Shown: piece after piece, positions 38,561-52,320 of the stretch
Position numbering within the stretch: position 1 is the first letter of the stretch
Layout: every line of letters begins with the position of its first letter
Origin: Lama guanicoe
Taxonomy: Eukaryota
DNA length: 64,000 bases
Assembly: GCA_013239625.1 (NCBI GenBank)
Contig: MU054187.1
Location: 16,136,941 to 16,200,940 of the forward strand
Direction: 5' to 3'
The notes under the pieces: generated by a model
What the model saw: the letters and a program-made list of their open reading frames with translations, nothing else
Told to the model about the DNA's origin: nothing
The model's database searches: none
Program-made: the position numbers and the translations under genes

Positions 38561-41244
38561 TAACTTTCTCTGGGCACATGGGTGACATTAATTTGATCAC
38601 TGAGAAGCAGGTACAAAGAGTTAAAGTAACATTCACAGTAATGCCTAGACGTATATCTCTGCCACGATGGGGTTTACTTGATACTGAAGTCTTACTCCAC
38701 ATTTACATTTCATCCATTATAAAATTCTACTTTTATACAGATTAATGAATGCCATTAATTAAGTCTCAATGTACATCTATCATGCATTCATTTTTGAAAT
38801 CCAGAACCACAAAGCATTCCTTCATTCCTTTTCTGGGTAAGATCAATGAGGAATAGAGTTATAATAATCATACTCAGTATAAAAATTAGCTGTAGTACTG
38901 GTAAGAATTATTGGCATAAATAAAGTATGGCTTTATTATCATTCATAAATTAAATGACATCAATTTTCCCCAATATTAATGTCCTTCAGAAATGCCACAT
39001 TCATCATATTCATGTTTAAAGGAAATGTACATAATCATAGACTACTTAATTTAGAGTCTTTGATTTTAGATTCATGCATCATCACTTTTGGTTAATTTGT
39101 ATTTGAGAACAATTTATATAATAAATTTAACTATCTCATCCTGGCTCATCATACTAAGAAAACAAATGAAAATATAACCAGTTATCAAATGATCAAGAAC
39201 AGTTTTGTGTGTGTGTTTTCATTAGTTAGGACTTACTAATGATTATTGTCAAGTCTGTGTGAGTAGAGAACATAATTAAGATGACTACTGAGAGAATTCA
39301 AGGAAGGATAGAAGTGATTTTCAAACAATAATGCAAATGTATGCACACACACATATGCATATATGGTCAAAAATATAAGAAGTAATAAAGCTTAAGAGCC
39401 TTACAAGAGTTATTCAGTTAAAAGATATGACTATTAAAGAGGTATCTTTTTTATTTTTTCTATAACATACTTGGGTTTATGTAATTATAATGAATACAAA
39501 TATATACCATTCATAAACAATGATTGCCTCACATTCCACTTTTCCATTTTTTTCCTGTAAAAGTTTGTAGTAAATCAGGAAGATATCAATTTTCATCTGG
39601 AAACAGGGAAAACTCAAGTTTCTGAATAAAGCACCTTACCCCAGCATATGCTATTTGTTACCTTTGGCAGGCTTTGATTCAGAATTAATTAGATTGGACT
39701 ATATCAAAGTTAATAAATAAATCAACCTAAGTGTAAGCTTTTCCAAAGTAACGTTTGAACTCTTTCTTCCCTTTAGAAAATCAAAACAACGTATATTTTT
39801 TCTTAGGAGAGCAAATTTACCTTTGAAGGAGCCACTTTCTTCTTACCTGAACTTTAGTCATAGAATCTAAAATTTCCTTAAATATTTCTGTTTTTCTGTC
39901 GGTATTTCGTAATCACAATATTTCTGATAAAAAAGATCTAACTCTATAAAAGAAAAAGAATGGAATTTAAAATATAGACATAAAATTAAAATTAAAAGGG
40001 GGCTATAGTTTACTACAAAACCCAGAACAAACTGCATCTGAAAGTAAGATACATAGGGAAAGACCTCCGAGTCTCCCAGACAACACTGCCTGTCAGACCG
40101 TTAGTTTGAGCTGAGTAACATACTGCTTTAATTTGTGATTGTACCAAAAATTACAATAGTTCATTTTTTGCCAATTACCTAGTAAATCTAAGATACACCA
40201 GTCACTCTTTGTTACATGTAAGTGCTATTTTTCTGGAGGATAATGATGAGTAGATGGTAAATACATTGCCCTTTTGAGTATGAGATATTGGTTACTAATG
40301 ATCTAGAGATGAAAGACTTTGGAACCCAATTATCGCTTCTTTTCCTATCCAAATCTTTTATACATAGCTTTTTAAATAATAAACCATATTTTCATGTATA
40401 TTATAGAATCATGAAGGGAATATAAAATGAACAAGATACCTTCTCCAAACTGCATATATATTTTATGAGATTATTCATTGGTTTTGAGTGGACTTGTTAT
40501 GCAGTCTTTGGGCATTCTTAAACTCACAGCCTAAAAGAAGAAATGACCTAAACATTAAAAATGAAATACGAAAATAGTACACTTTTAAAGGATCTGAGAT
40601 TTGAGGCCAAGATTTTACGTCTTCCTCCTTTGGCTCAATAAGGCCAGAATCTCCAATATTCTAAACAAGCTATATGATGTGATAAGAGAAACTGCAGGAA
40701 TACCACATGAAACATCTTAAAGAAAGTCTGGTCCAAGGAAGTGTTTTAATGCTATTGATGGTCTCCTCACTCTTTAAAACTTGATCTCTGTTGCCAATAT
40801 AATTTTTAAAGCACATGAAAAATTTATACTCAAAAATTGTTCAAAACAAAAGCATACTCAGTATTACTGTTAATGGTTTCTTCTTTCTCTTAGTTTACAG
40901 GATATTATTTTATTGGTTAAAATAGAGCATTGATTCCATGTGTTAAGCTCTTAAGATTTTTTCTCTTTTGATAAAAGTTACTTTAAATATGGCCTTATAA
41001 AAAAGTGAATAGTATTGTCTTCAATCTAATATACTAAATAAAGAGACATTTCAAATGCTAACGCATATAATACATTCTTATAATAAGATGCGTGCTTGGA
41101 TAAAAATGCTCCCTTAAATAAGGTGGTGATTTGACTTGATGGCAAAGGATTTTAATATTTTAGCAGAAATCATTAATGTATCATCGTGTTCCTCATGCTA
41201 TAAGCAGCAATAATTTTAATAGCTCTTTTGTTGTTCAGTGTTTA

Positions 41245-41297
41245 TTTATTATTATTATTATTATTGTTTATTATTATTATTATTATTATTATTATTT
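41245..41297 (+). repeat. (TTA)n microsatellite
   Basis: Directly visible. Confidence 0.95.
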
Positions 41298-41741
41298 TGT
41301 AGTCGAGGTTAACTGAAAAGACTTTGTGTCCAGATATAATTTTTCACTTTTGTGTTCCAAAAATAGCCCATATATGAGTACATTTAACCAGTTATTGAAT
41401 TTTTTAATGACTTTCCATTTAGGGGCAAAATAGTATGACCACTTAATACCAGATTACAAAGAAAAGCCTATTTCTGAAGGAATTTTGATTTTATGAGAGT
41501 AGCAGTGTCTGGAAATTATATGAATGGGCTTCATTCTCCCTTTCAGGTCTGAGTGGATGAGAACAAGATGTTTCATGTATGGAGGAAATGTCTCCCACTG
41601 TTCATCTCTTAAGAGAATTTTCTTGAATAGGGAGAAGCATGACTTGTCTCAGTGAAGATCCGCAGCTGTTAAATATATTTCTGCTACATTTCTCAGATAA
41701 GTAAGCATATATTCACTTATTTCCCTGAACTTTTGGGTAAA

Positions 41742-44200
41742 CATTTTATTATGAAAATTTTCAAACATACTAAAAGCAGAGAGAATAGCATACTAACCCC
41801 CCGACACACCAATCACTCACCTGCCACTCAGCTTCCATAATTATTAACATATGTCCCAAAAGATTTTATCTATAACCCTCACACCCCCTCCCTCCAATTA
41901 TTTCAAATAAAACTCCAGACCACATATCTTTGATCCATAAATACATCAGTGTGTATTTCTTAAATGGAAGGGCTTTTTGAACTGTATTTCAATATGTTAT
42001 ACACTTAAAATCTTTTAATTCCCTGATGTCATTAAATATCCAATCAGTTTGCATGATTGTCCTATAATATTTTAAAGAGTTAGTGTGAAACCATATCCAA
42101 ATTAACTTTGTATGTTGCAATGGGGCAATATGTTTCTTAAGTCTCATTTGATTTACAGGATCTGCTGCCTAGTTCTCTGTTTTTCCACCCCCTTGCAACT
42201 TTTATGTTTAAGAAACTGGGATTTAGGCCTACAGTTTCCCACAGTCTGGACTTTGCTAATCTCCTCCTTAAGGTGTTATTTAACATGTTTCTTCCTCCCT
42301 TGTATGTCTTGTAAACTTGTGATTAGAAAAGATGAAAAAAAAACAATAAAGTTGGTTACATTTAAGTTTTTGGCAAAAATATTTCATAAGTGATGTGCCA
42401 TAATTCCAACAAAAATGATATAATATCTGACCAGCTCCCTTATTGATAATAATTACCTAGATTCATTTATCAAATAGAGGTTGAAAAACTGTTGATTTTA
42501 AAGTTCTATCAATATATATACATTAGTTAGCTGAAATACTTTTTAATGAAAACCTCTGTCTTGACTACTAGTTATTCTGATGTACAGTGTTAAACAAAAA
42601 AATCAGGATAAAATGCTTTTTGCTTTCTATTTGCGATTTTAAAATTTAGTATGTTGTCCCTCTGGCATCCAACAAAGGTAAATTGAGTATACAAATTATT
42701 GTCCAAACCTGGACATTTTTTAAGAGAAAGGAGACACTGTTATTAACGATACTGGGACAACACAATAAGCCAGACTGCCTGCCTTTGACAAACCAGGATG
42801 GATAGTCACATTGTTCAAAGATAACCGGTGAGGTTTTAGGATTTGATTTTTTTTTTTGCTTTGCTTTTTACAGTATCATTATAAACACATATATTCAAAA
42901 CTATTTGATATATTTATTATATATATTGATGCTCCAATATGGTTTGTGGGAAAGTTCTCTGGCCATGACCCTAGAAGTCCTTATTTTCCTTCTAGTATGA
43001 CAAAATTTTCCAGGTTAATCTAATGTATCTCATGCCCTGAATTTTGAATCAGCCATTTTTCCAAGGAGCCCTGATTCCTTACTGTTGAAAATGGTGTTTA
43101 GACACCAAAACCTAGATAGGGGTTTTTTATTATTGCTGGTGTGGTTATTGTTTCCAGCTCTTTTTGTGGACAGAGAAAATAGTTCTTATAACATAAAATA
43201 GGTTGTAAAATCTTACTTTGATTCTGTACTCAAATTCAGAACTATGGAGACTTTTCTTAATCTTGTTAATCTTATTTTTGTATTGTTCCCCCTCAGTGAA
43301 AATCCACTCTTCAACTACACCAATATAGTCAGTCATTCGTTTTATCCCACGATACACATACTATTGCAGTTGTGATACCATTGTCAACACTACCTCTGAT
43401 GATGCGATTATTGAAAAGAATTTAAATTTTTGATTTTGAGCTTTGTTTGCAGTTATTCTTCCTTTTTTCTTCATTTAAATTTTATTTATTTAATTTTTTA
43501 AGTTTAAATTGTCTTGAAATAATTCCTCTTTGGTGGTTATTTGTTATGTCATTGCTTAATATTTACATGTTTGCTCAGTTCTAGTATAAAGTACAGCGGT
43601 TTCAGAATTGTTAACCCATACTCACATAAGAAACCACTTTATCGTTTGGGTTGCAGGTAGTATGTGCAGTTCCTTTTGTGTTTAGTTTTACAATGTCTAG
43701 TCAAAGCATTATTTTCTGATGTTACTTAAGTCAGCACTCTTGTTTCCCCACCCTGCGTCACTGATGAGTGCTTTGTTAAGTTGCTAGGTTTGTAGTTGTT
43801 TGTTACACAGTGATTAAAAAAAAAATAAACAAAAAACTAATACATCTTCATCTTGAGAAGTTTCATTGGCTCGTTTTAAGATCTCATGGGCCACAGACCA
43901 CTTCATAATTATTCCACCTTACCGCAGTTTCCGTGCCCTCACCACACACAGAAGCTTATATTGTTTGCTGCTCTGACTAACCCACTGGGCATCTCAGTGA
44001 AGCTGTTGGTGAATGTGAGGTCCACCAGCTCTTCGTGGTCTATCCCCAACCAGTAGTATTTGGGGTTCATGAGCTATCCCCCCACCTACATTTGTTGTTA
44101 CAGTTTTGTGGATTTTTGTTTTTCTATCTTGTTTCTCTGTTTCTATGCAGTTTTGAGGAGGTTTAAAAACTACACTACCACCTCTGCCATCTTCCCATAT
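41742..44200 (-). mobile_element. Old L1 (L1MC4/5-like) 3' region
   Basis: Antisense 3' end 'TTTTATTATGAAAATTTTCAAACATAC..AGAGAGAATAG' and 'AATCAGCCATTTTTCCAAGGAGCCCTGATTCCTT'. Confidence 0.75.
42680..42815. mobile_element. MER94-like hAT-Blackjack MITE nested in L1
   Basis: 'ATTATTGTCCAAACCTGGACATTTTTAAGAGAAAGG..TATTAA..GGGACAAC..AAACCAGGATG..TAGTCAC' matches the recalled MER94 consensus. Confidence 0.65.
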
Positions 44201-44613
44201 TTTTGTATTTTTTGTCAAAAGTATTTATTTTTGATTGTTGCGCTTGCAAGGGGCTTTTGTCATTATCAAAAAGATGACAAGAAATAACTGAGGTCCCAGA
44301 AGAATCCAAGGTTCCACAGTTAATTAGAGAAATATTAGAATCGGGGGCTCCAACTTAGTAACCTAACTACACTCAACACACTCTGCTGCCTCCCTTATGC
44401 CATATAGAAATTTCTTCTCTTTTCTGGTGAGGAGTAGGACTGTTGTCTTCAAGATGTGTTTCCTAAAACAATTGTTTTAGGAAAATAATTAAGCATTCCA
44501 GGAGTAGAATTTCTCAAAGACAGGTGAACATGGCATATCTTTGCATTCCATTATTCTGCTTATGTAGTATTTTGATCATTGTTTACTACGGTGTTTTAAC
44601 TTAATGCCTAGAA

Positions 44614-44756
44614 CAGTAGTTCCCAAACTGGAATGTATATGGATCATTTGATACCTTTTGAGAATTCTAATCCGCTAAGTCTGAGGTGTTACCTGAGAAT
44701 CTGCATTTTTCACAAGCTCCAGGTGATACTAACAGACCTCACTTTGAGTAACAAGG
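44614..44756. mobile_element. MER5A-type hAT-Charlie element
   Basis: 'CAGTAGTTCCCAAACT..GAGAATCTGCATTTTTCACAAGCTCCAGGTGAT..CACTTTGAGTA'. Confidence 0.75.
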
Positions 44757-44831
44757 GTATGAAGGACCTAATAATGGGCTTCTGGTAGCTACGCAGTCCT
44801 CAATTTTAAAGAACATTTTGGGGTATAAATA

Positions 44832-44843
44832 CACAAACACATG

Positions 44844-44874
<31 letters not shown>

Positions 44875-44895
44875 AAAGAGAGACAGAGACAGAAA
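44832..44895 (+). repeat. (CA)n-(GA)n compound microsatellite
   Basis: Directly visible. Confidence 0.95.
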
Positions 44896-45354
44896 GTTCT
44901 CATGAGATTTAGAAGGATTTATGTACTAAAAATCTTAGAAATCTTTAACTACAAGATAAAGTTCAAAACTCCTTAGAATAAACTGTAATGGCCTTTGTAA
45001 TCGTTCTCATTTTATTTTCCTCCACTACTCTCTAAGTATATTTCAGTCTAGCCATGTCAGAACTTACCATAAATTCTAAAGTCCTATATGATTCCTAATA
45101 GCTAACATTTCAAATAGAATTATGTTTTATTATCACAAATCACCTTCTAGATACTTCCATTTATTCCTGAGCTAATGTTTACTAAATCCTTTATGTATAT
45201 ATTACACGTGATACCAAGCCTTAGGGATATAAAAAAATGCAACAGTCTCTACTTGTGGCATTACTGTAATTATTTGTTAAAAGATAATTTACCCTAAAGA
45301 GCGTGTTCCCTTGCATGAATATTTACCAAGTGTTTTACCAATGAACACTTGTAA

Positions 45355-45560
45355 ACAAGAAACAGAAAGAAAGAAAAAGAAGAAAAGAAGGAAAGAAAGA
45401 AAAAGAAGAAAAGAAGGAAAGAAAGAAAGAGAGAGGGACGGAGGCAGGAAAGAAGACGTAGAGGATGGAAAGAAAGATGAAAGGAAAGGAAAAAAAGAGC
45501 AAGGAAGAGAGGGAGGAAGAGAAAAAGAAGAAAGAAACAGACTGAAGGGAGGAAGGTGAC
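45355..45560 (+). repeat. GA-rich low-complexity polypurine tract
   Basis: About 200 bp almost entirely A/G. Explains ORFs 45294-45593 and 45311-45559. Confidence 0.95.
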
Positions 45561-45906
45561 GAGGGTGGCAGGTATGAAAGGTCTGGATTGCAAAGTCTAA
45601 GGAGTAATGTTATTAGTTAGGAGTAACACAACTTGTTGGGAGTGCATTTATCATAAGATGTTATTTTAAAATATTTTGATGTATTTTATATTACTTTAAA
45701 ATATTTTTTGAAAGTGATAACCTATGGACTCAGAAATCTGTACAAAAGTCTTATTGAAACCATCACAGCATTGCATTTTTCCCTATCATATGCAGGAGAG
45801 AACCTTAAGAATAAAAATTAACACTAATCTTGTTCCATATTTATGATTTGGAAGAACATTATCCAATAGAATGGACAAGCAGTAGGCAAGGAAACACATG
45901 TTCATG

Positions 45907-46602
45907 TGGAGAAAAGGGAGCTCTTGTATGTTGTGGGAAGTAAATTGGTGCAGCCACTGTGGAGAACAATATGGAGGTTTTTCAAAAAAACTAAATATAG
46001 AACTACCATATGACTCAGCAGTTCCACTCCTGAGTATATAGCTGGAAAAAAAAAAACCCACTAATTTGAAGGGATACGTGTAACCCAGTGTTCTTAGCAG
46101 CATCATTTACAATAGCCAAGACATGGAAGCAAATTAAGTGTCCATTAAGAGATGAATGTGTATATATACATCATATCTTCTTTACGTATATAAACACATA
46201 CATACATTGGAATACTAGTCAGCCTTAAAAAAGAATGACATTTCGCCATTTGCAGCAACATGGATGGACTTGGAGGTCATTATGCTAAATGAAATAAGTC
46301 AGACAGAGAAAGACTAATGCTTTATGATATGACTTACATGCGGAATCTAAAAGACACAAGACTAGTGAATATAATAAAGATGAAGCAAACTCACAGATGT
46401 AGAGAACAAACTAGTGGTTACCAGTGGAGAGAGTTGGGGAGAGACAATCTAGAGGTGGAAGAGTGGGAGATACAAACTACAGACTGTAAGACAGGCTCAA
46501 TGATGTACTGTACAAGGTGGGGAATATACTAATATTGTGTAATAATTGTAAACAGAAAGTAATCTTTAAAATTTTATTGGATTGTTTTTAATTTAAAAAA
46601 AA
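45907..46602 (+). mobile_element. Younger 5'-truncated L1 (artiodactyl/camelid-type 3'UTR) with TSD
   Basis: L1 ORF2 end 'AATTGGTGCAGCCACTGTGGAGAAC..ATAGAACTACCATATGA', 3'UTR and poly(A). ACATGTTCATG occurs at 45896-45906 and 46607-46617. Confidence 0.9.
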
Positions 46603-48779
46603 GAAAACATGTTCATGGTGGTTAAGTGGGATTGACAATATGTTAGTGATACAAAGGTTGTGATCACTGACAATCAATAATGATTTTATTGGTACAAAGG
46701 ATTTGATTAACAGAGAACGAATGTCACCAAAAACATCTTATCACTAGCTTTATAGCTATGTCAGATGGGGTTTACAAATACTGCCTTATAATTTGTAACA
46801 GGTTGTTATCTCCAGGAAGGGATGGATTCCTGGGAGTTGCTGCTACATGTGTGCCCTCATCACTAAGGTCCTCACATAGGTAGGAGGAATGAAGATAAGA
46901 AACTGACAGCAGATTTTGCAATTCAAGGCACAAAATTCTACCAGGGGGAGAGTTTTCCTTTGTTTTGGGAATCCATGTGGTATGTATCCCCTGGATACAA
47001 CTAAAATAAATAATTACAGCACCGTGCTAAACCAGGTGAGGAAGTATGGTGAAAGGCAGATTGATAAATAAGAGCAAATACTACCTGCAATAGTATACGA
47101 AAAGCTTACAAAAATAATTTACCAAACACGCATAGAAGGACTTGAAGTTTCATCGAGGGGTGTAGGGTTGAAGCGTTGCGGAGAATAGTCCTTGTCCACC
47201 TCAGTGTGTTTAATTTCCTTCTGCTCATTGTGTCAAGGTCCGGCCTCATCAGATGCATGTGCCCCTGGTGAACTGAAAAGGAGTCACATCGATACCTTGC
47301 CATTATTAATCACTGCCTCTATTGTCAAAAGCTATTTGCAGATATTTTATCTCATTCGATCTAAAAATTATTATGATGTATTTATGGTTTGCTCTTCTTT
47401 TGTACTACAATTTGGCATATGAAAATGGTGCTCTACAAATCAGGGAGCAGTGAAAGTAATAATTTGTCCACACAAATTAGACTCTGATGTGCTACTATTC
47501 TCTAATGTCTCTCACATTTGCCTTTGTATCTCCAACCACTGTGGATTTCTTTTTTCAGATGTGCAAAGAAAATTGCAGCTATTTAAAATAACCTAGAGAG
47601 GAAGAACGATGGGCAATATCCTAACTACCTTAGCCCTTTACATTTCAGCAGCCTTGTTGCCAAGGAAACCACTTGGGACTTTAGGGAAATTTGTGGATAT
47701 TTAAAATGGATTGTGCCTGTACGTAGATAGACATTTGCTCATGTCACGTTGCAGAATAAAAAGCTTCCAGTCCTGCAATATTCAGCCTGGAATTTCAGGG
47801 ACCGAAGATGGGAAATAACAAAATGCAAACGTTTATTCACCAAAGAATGTACTGTCTATGGTATTTCAGATTATTATCAGACTAGGCTGTTTTAATAAAA
47901 AAAAAAGTGGAATCTAGCTGGGAGAGTAAAGAATGTAATATAAACGTTACAAACCTTACGTTTTCATTTGTATTTGTGATTTGCAGTTTTAACATTGCAT
48001 CACCATCTTGACAGTTAATTCTCAAGGTATATTTCAGTTTCTAAGATCTAAAAATGAAAGCAAGTGCATCCTTTGCTGGGGCTCTGATGCAAATTGACTG
48101 AATTCCACACAAATGCAGACACGAACCTCCACTCACAATGCTCTAAGTAAAGAGCAGACATTAGAAGGGAATAGGGACAGACTGACATATCAAAACCCTT
48201 GAGCTACTGTTTCAGTTTCTAGATGTTTGTGTCTGTCCCTTATATCTATCCCCTTACAAATTTCTGCTGAAGGTGTGATGTTCCTGGTGAGACAGCTGGC
48301 TGCAGAGTGGAAAGCTGGTATACAAATTCACTTCCAAGTGCTACTTTCACGCATGTTCATGGTTCATTTTTGACGTACAGCTTGACTCTTCTGTGCACTC
48401 CATTCACTCTTGTCACATGAGAGGTTCAGCCCCACCCTGAATGTGTAAGGAATACACAGTCCCCACCAGTTAATCCTGATGGACTCCAGAGCATTCTGCA
48501 CGAGGTCTGCAAAGCTGCACATCTGTGCCCATGTGCTTCGTTTTAACAAAGATCTGACTGACGCATGGGGCCATGGGAGCTTCTACCTTTCGTAGTTTCA
48601 GAGTGAGATTAGCAAACATCCAAAATGTCAGAAGTAAAGGACCAGATGCAAGAACTCAAAAATATGCAGTTTCTATATATTCTGATAATCTTACATTATG
48701 GAGGTATTACAGTGTCCATCACAATCATTCACAGACCTGTTTTCAATGAAAAAATCAACAATTATATAAACACGACTTT

Positions 48780-50759
48780 TACCTACTAGCTGAAGTTTCA
48801 TCATGAGTCCAGGTGACTAAGTTTCCTGTTCCAGCTGCCTTCTGAAATTATTAGAATGATACAAAAATTGGAGGAACCATGCATCAGTACCAGAAGTTAA
48901 TGAAAAGTATTATTTCACTGCAAATAACACAAAAGAATTTCAGCTAGATATTTTCTGGGTAGAGTTTTTTGGAAACAAAAATTAATGAATAAAGCAGAAT
49001 GACAATACAGAAAGACAAGAGACAAATATTTGGACCCCACAGAAGCTAATTGATAGGGACACTGAGCTGGAAACAAGGTTAACCCACGGGAAATGCAGGG
49101 AGCATTTGCTGTAGGATCTTTTTCTCTACTAAGGACAAACTCGGGGAAAGTAATTCCATGGGAAAGCTGAGGGTACCTCCAAATTAAAAAAAAAATTAGT
49201 GGGCTTTAACGATTGTTTTCCCCCAACTACCCTGACTGGGTTTTTCTCTGCATTAGTAGTCTTGCTCCCAGATACAGTGGGCAATGACACCACACAGAGA
49301 GAAAAAAGGTCAGCATACCCACTCAGTTTTGGGGAAATGTTGATTACTGATAATATCTCATCATTCAAGGTTGGATAAGGAGAAAAAAATCATAAAATGT
49401 AGCCTAGAATAAGATTACTCATAGTAAGATAAGGTGAGCCCAGAACCTCTAAAAACCAGAAGAAAAAACGACTTTAAAAATAAAACAAATACTACAGAAT
49501 AAAGAAGTAGACTTTAGAAAGCGCCTGCTTTGTCTTGCAGTAAAAAGAAAAAGAAATGAACACCATGAAATAAGAGATGAAAGATGAGAGGATAAGACAA
49601 TAGACAGAGATACAAAAAGGAGTGAGCTGGGAGCCAGACAGAAGGGCAAGCGGAGCTGAATGAGATAAGGGGAAAAAAATGAAAGGAAACAAAAGATACA
49701 ATAACTAATTTTAAAACTGCTTTGAAAGCAGTAAAGAATCCATATTGCAAAAATTGCATCAGTGATATGAAAGCTGAAATTTTCGGCTTCTTAAAGATTT
49801 TACTATTCAGCAACTATAAATTACTTACTTTTAGACTAAATTTTAAAAATCACAGATATAAGATTAACCAGAGGAAACAAAAGAGGATTATAGCAGAAGT
49901 TGACATATTTTAAGAGAATCTAATACTACCTCATTAAAAACAATGGAAAAACCTGATATAGTTGAGAAGGTCCTAAATAAAATCAAGAAAAAAAGTACAT
50001 AAAATACATATGTAAAATAGACTAAAAATGAGCAAGAGAAAATAGATACATAAGAACATTAGAAAGGAATACCTAAGCTAATGCTTTTGATCAGCTTATT
50101 GAAATACATAGTCTTCCAGGAAAATGTAAATGAATAAGAATAATTTCCCCAAGTTCAGTGATTTAAAAGAACAATTATCACAAAAGACATTTAATGACCA
50201 ATATTTCAGATTTCCTAAAGAGAGTTTTCAGACTCATTTGGTATTTTAATTTCTTTTAAATTTACAAGAAACAAATAATTGTCTCCTAAAAATAGTTGCA
50301 GGGCATAGAAAAAGAAGAAAGCCATATTAATTTGTTTCAAATTAATGTGTTTTGTAACAAAACCATTTAGCAAAAACTGACAGAGAGACTAAAGAGAGGA
50401 CTCATTTAAGAATGAATATTCTTGATGAAATACTAGCAAAACAAATCCAGAATGTTACTAATCAAGTAATAAAAACATATCCAAGTGGGAGTCTGTTCCA
50501 GTAAGATTATAAGGAGTCAGTATTAGAAAATCTTATTAATATGTTGTCATATATGAAAAACAAAGAACAACAAATATGTAATCATCAAAGGTGATGAAAA
50601 GACGTTTGACAATATTGAATATTCATTCCTGGAATAAAACCTGCTTCAGGCAACAGAAAAATAAAATCTTTCTTCATATAAAAATTGTATAAAACCCTTA
50701 ATAGTGTAGTAGTGTCAGTTCTCAAAATTATCTACAGATTCAATTGCATCCCAACAGAT

Positions 50760-50791
<32 letters not shown>

Positions 50792-50990
50792 ATTGTAGAA
50801 ATTGGCATGCTGATTCTAGGTGTATATGATCAAGCCAAGAATAGAACTAAGTCAATATGGAAGAAAAAAGTTGTGAGTTTTACACGAATGGGTATCCAAG
50901 CCTATGTAAACCTGTAGTAAAAAAAGATAGTGTGGTATTTGCAAAAAGATAGATAAATAAAAAAGAGACCAGAATATGGAGTCCAGAAGT
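48780..50990 (+). mobile_element. Very old fragmented L1 (5'UTR/ORF1/ORF2 remnants) with (TG)n at ~50760-50790
   Basis: A-rich strand. RT-region remnants 'AAATACTAGCAAAACAAATCCAG', 'GAAAAGACGTTTGACAATATTGAATATTCATTCCTG' and 'ATCTACAGATTCAAT'. Confidence 0.7.
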
Positions 50991-52320
50991 TAGGAGAAGA
51001 GTGGCTGAAATCAAAAAGGAGTTAGGGGCCAAATCTTCTAGGGTATTGTAGACATTGTAAGGACTTTGCCTTCAATCTGAATGAGACTGCAAGCCAGTGG
51101 AGTACTTTGAATATAGTGACAAAGTTTTATTTATATTTTAAAATTACTACTGTGGCTGTTGTGCTTAGAACAGGTGGTAGAAAAGGCAGGGATGAGAGCA
51201 GAGGAATGGTTTGAAGGCTAGTACAGTAATCTAACCAGGGATCATGTTGGCTCACACTATTGGAGCTGGTGAGAGGTAGTCAGATACTGAATTTACTTAG
51301 AAGAATTTGCTGATGGATTGGGTAATGTGAAGGAGAGAAGCCAAGAACCACTCCAAAGTTTGGATCCTGAGCTAAAGGCATAAACAAGTTGTAAATTACT
51401 ATACTGGGAAATAGTGTGGGGAAAAAAATACTGAGTGGGGAATCAAGAATTCCTTTTTTCACAAAACAAGTTTGAAATAGCAATTAGATACCTGAGTGAA
51501 GATTACAAATAAGCAATTGGTTATCTGAATATGGGGTTCAGGAGTAAGGTATAAATGGGAAGTCATTTAGTATATATTTATGTTTAACGCCATGATATAG
51601 TTCCTCACCTAGTGGATAAGCAATGTGTGGACTTAGTTATGGGTCACTTCATACATGGAGGTAGTAACCTCCTCCAACAAAAACTACTTCTGCTTCAAGG
51701 AGAATAAAACTTCAAGTCGACCATTGGTATTGACTATCTGGAAAACATTACTAACTTTGATAAAAGTTGTGTTGATGGAGGGGTGGGGAAAAAGGACTGA
51801 CTGGAGTGATTTAAGGAAAAAGTAGGCTCGAATATAGCTTTTATTATTAGATAATATTAATGCATATATTGAATTTCCTTAGATGTAAAAAAAGGCATTG
51901 TGGTTTTATAACAGGATATGCTTGCTCTCAGGTGATATATGCTGATATATTAAGGAGGGGAGGGAGTCATGATGTCTGCAACTTACGTTTAAAACATTCA
52001 GTAAAAAACACATCTTGAGGGACAGATACAGCAAATGTGGTGACATATAGTAGAAAGAAAAGAATTGGTGACAGCGACAAAGTCCTGTCTTTAAAGGAAT
52101 CTGGTGAAAAGGAGAGGAGGAAAAGAGATGAGTGGAAAGGGACAGTCAAGAGAAGATCTTTAAATATAAGTGATATGACATCATATCTGAAGACTCATAG
52201 AAATAATCCAAGGGAGTATAAAAAATTGGTGATGTGCTAAAAAAGTGCCATTGCTAAAGCAATGCCATTGAGTGGGCTGGATGAGATGGAATCTGGGGCA
52301 CACATGGAAACATTAGCCTA
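50991..52320 (-). mobile_element. L2 LINE interrupted by an L1ME-type 3'UTR piece (~51830-52045)
   Basis: Antisense L2 hallmarks 'GTAAGGACTTTGCCTT..TCTGAATGAGA..AAGCCAGTGGAG' and 'GAATTTGCTGATGGATTGG'. The insert 'GTCATGATGTCTGCAACTTAC' is L1ME 3'UTR-like. Confidence 0.75.

Noticed and set aside
45294..45593. Charged and hydrophobic ORFs
   Set aside because: Translations of the polypurine low-complexity tract.
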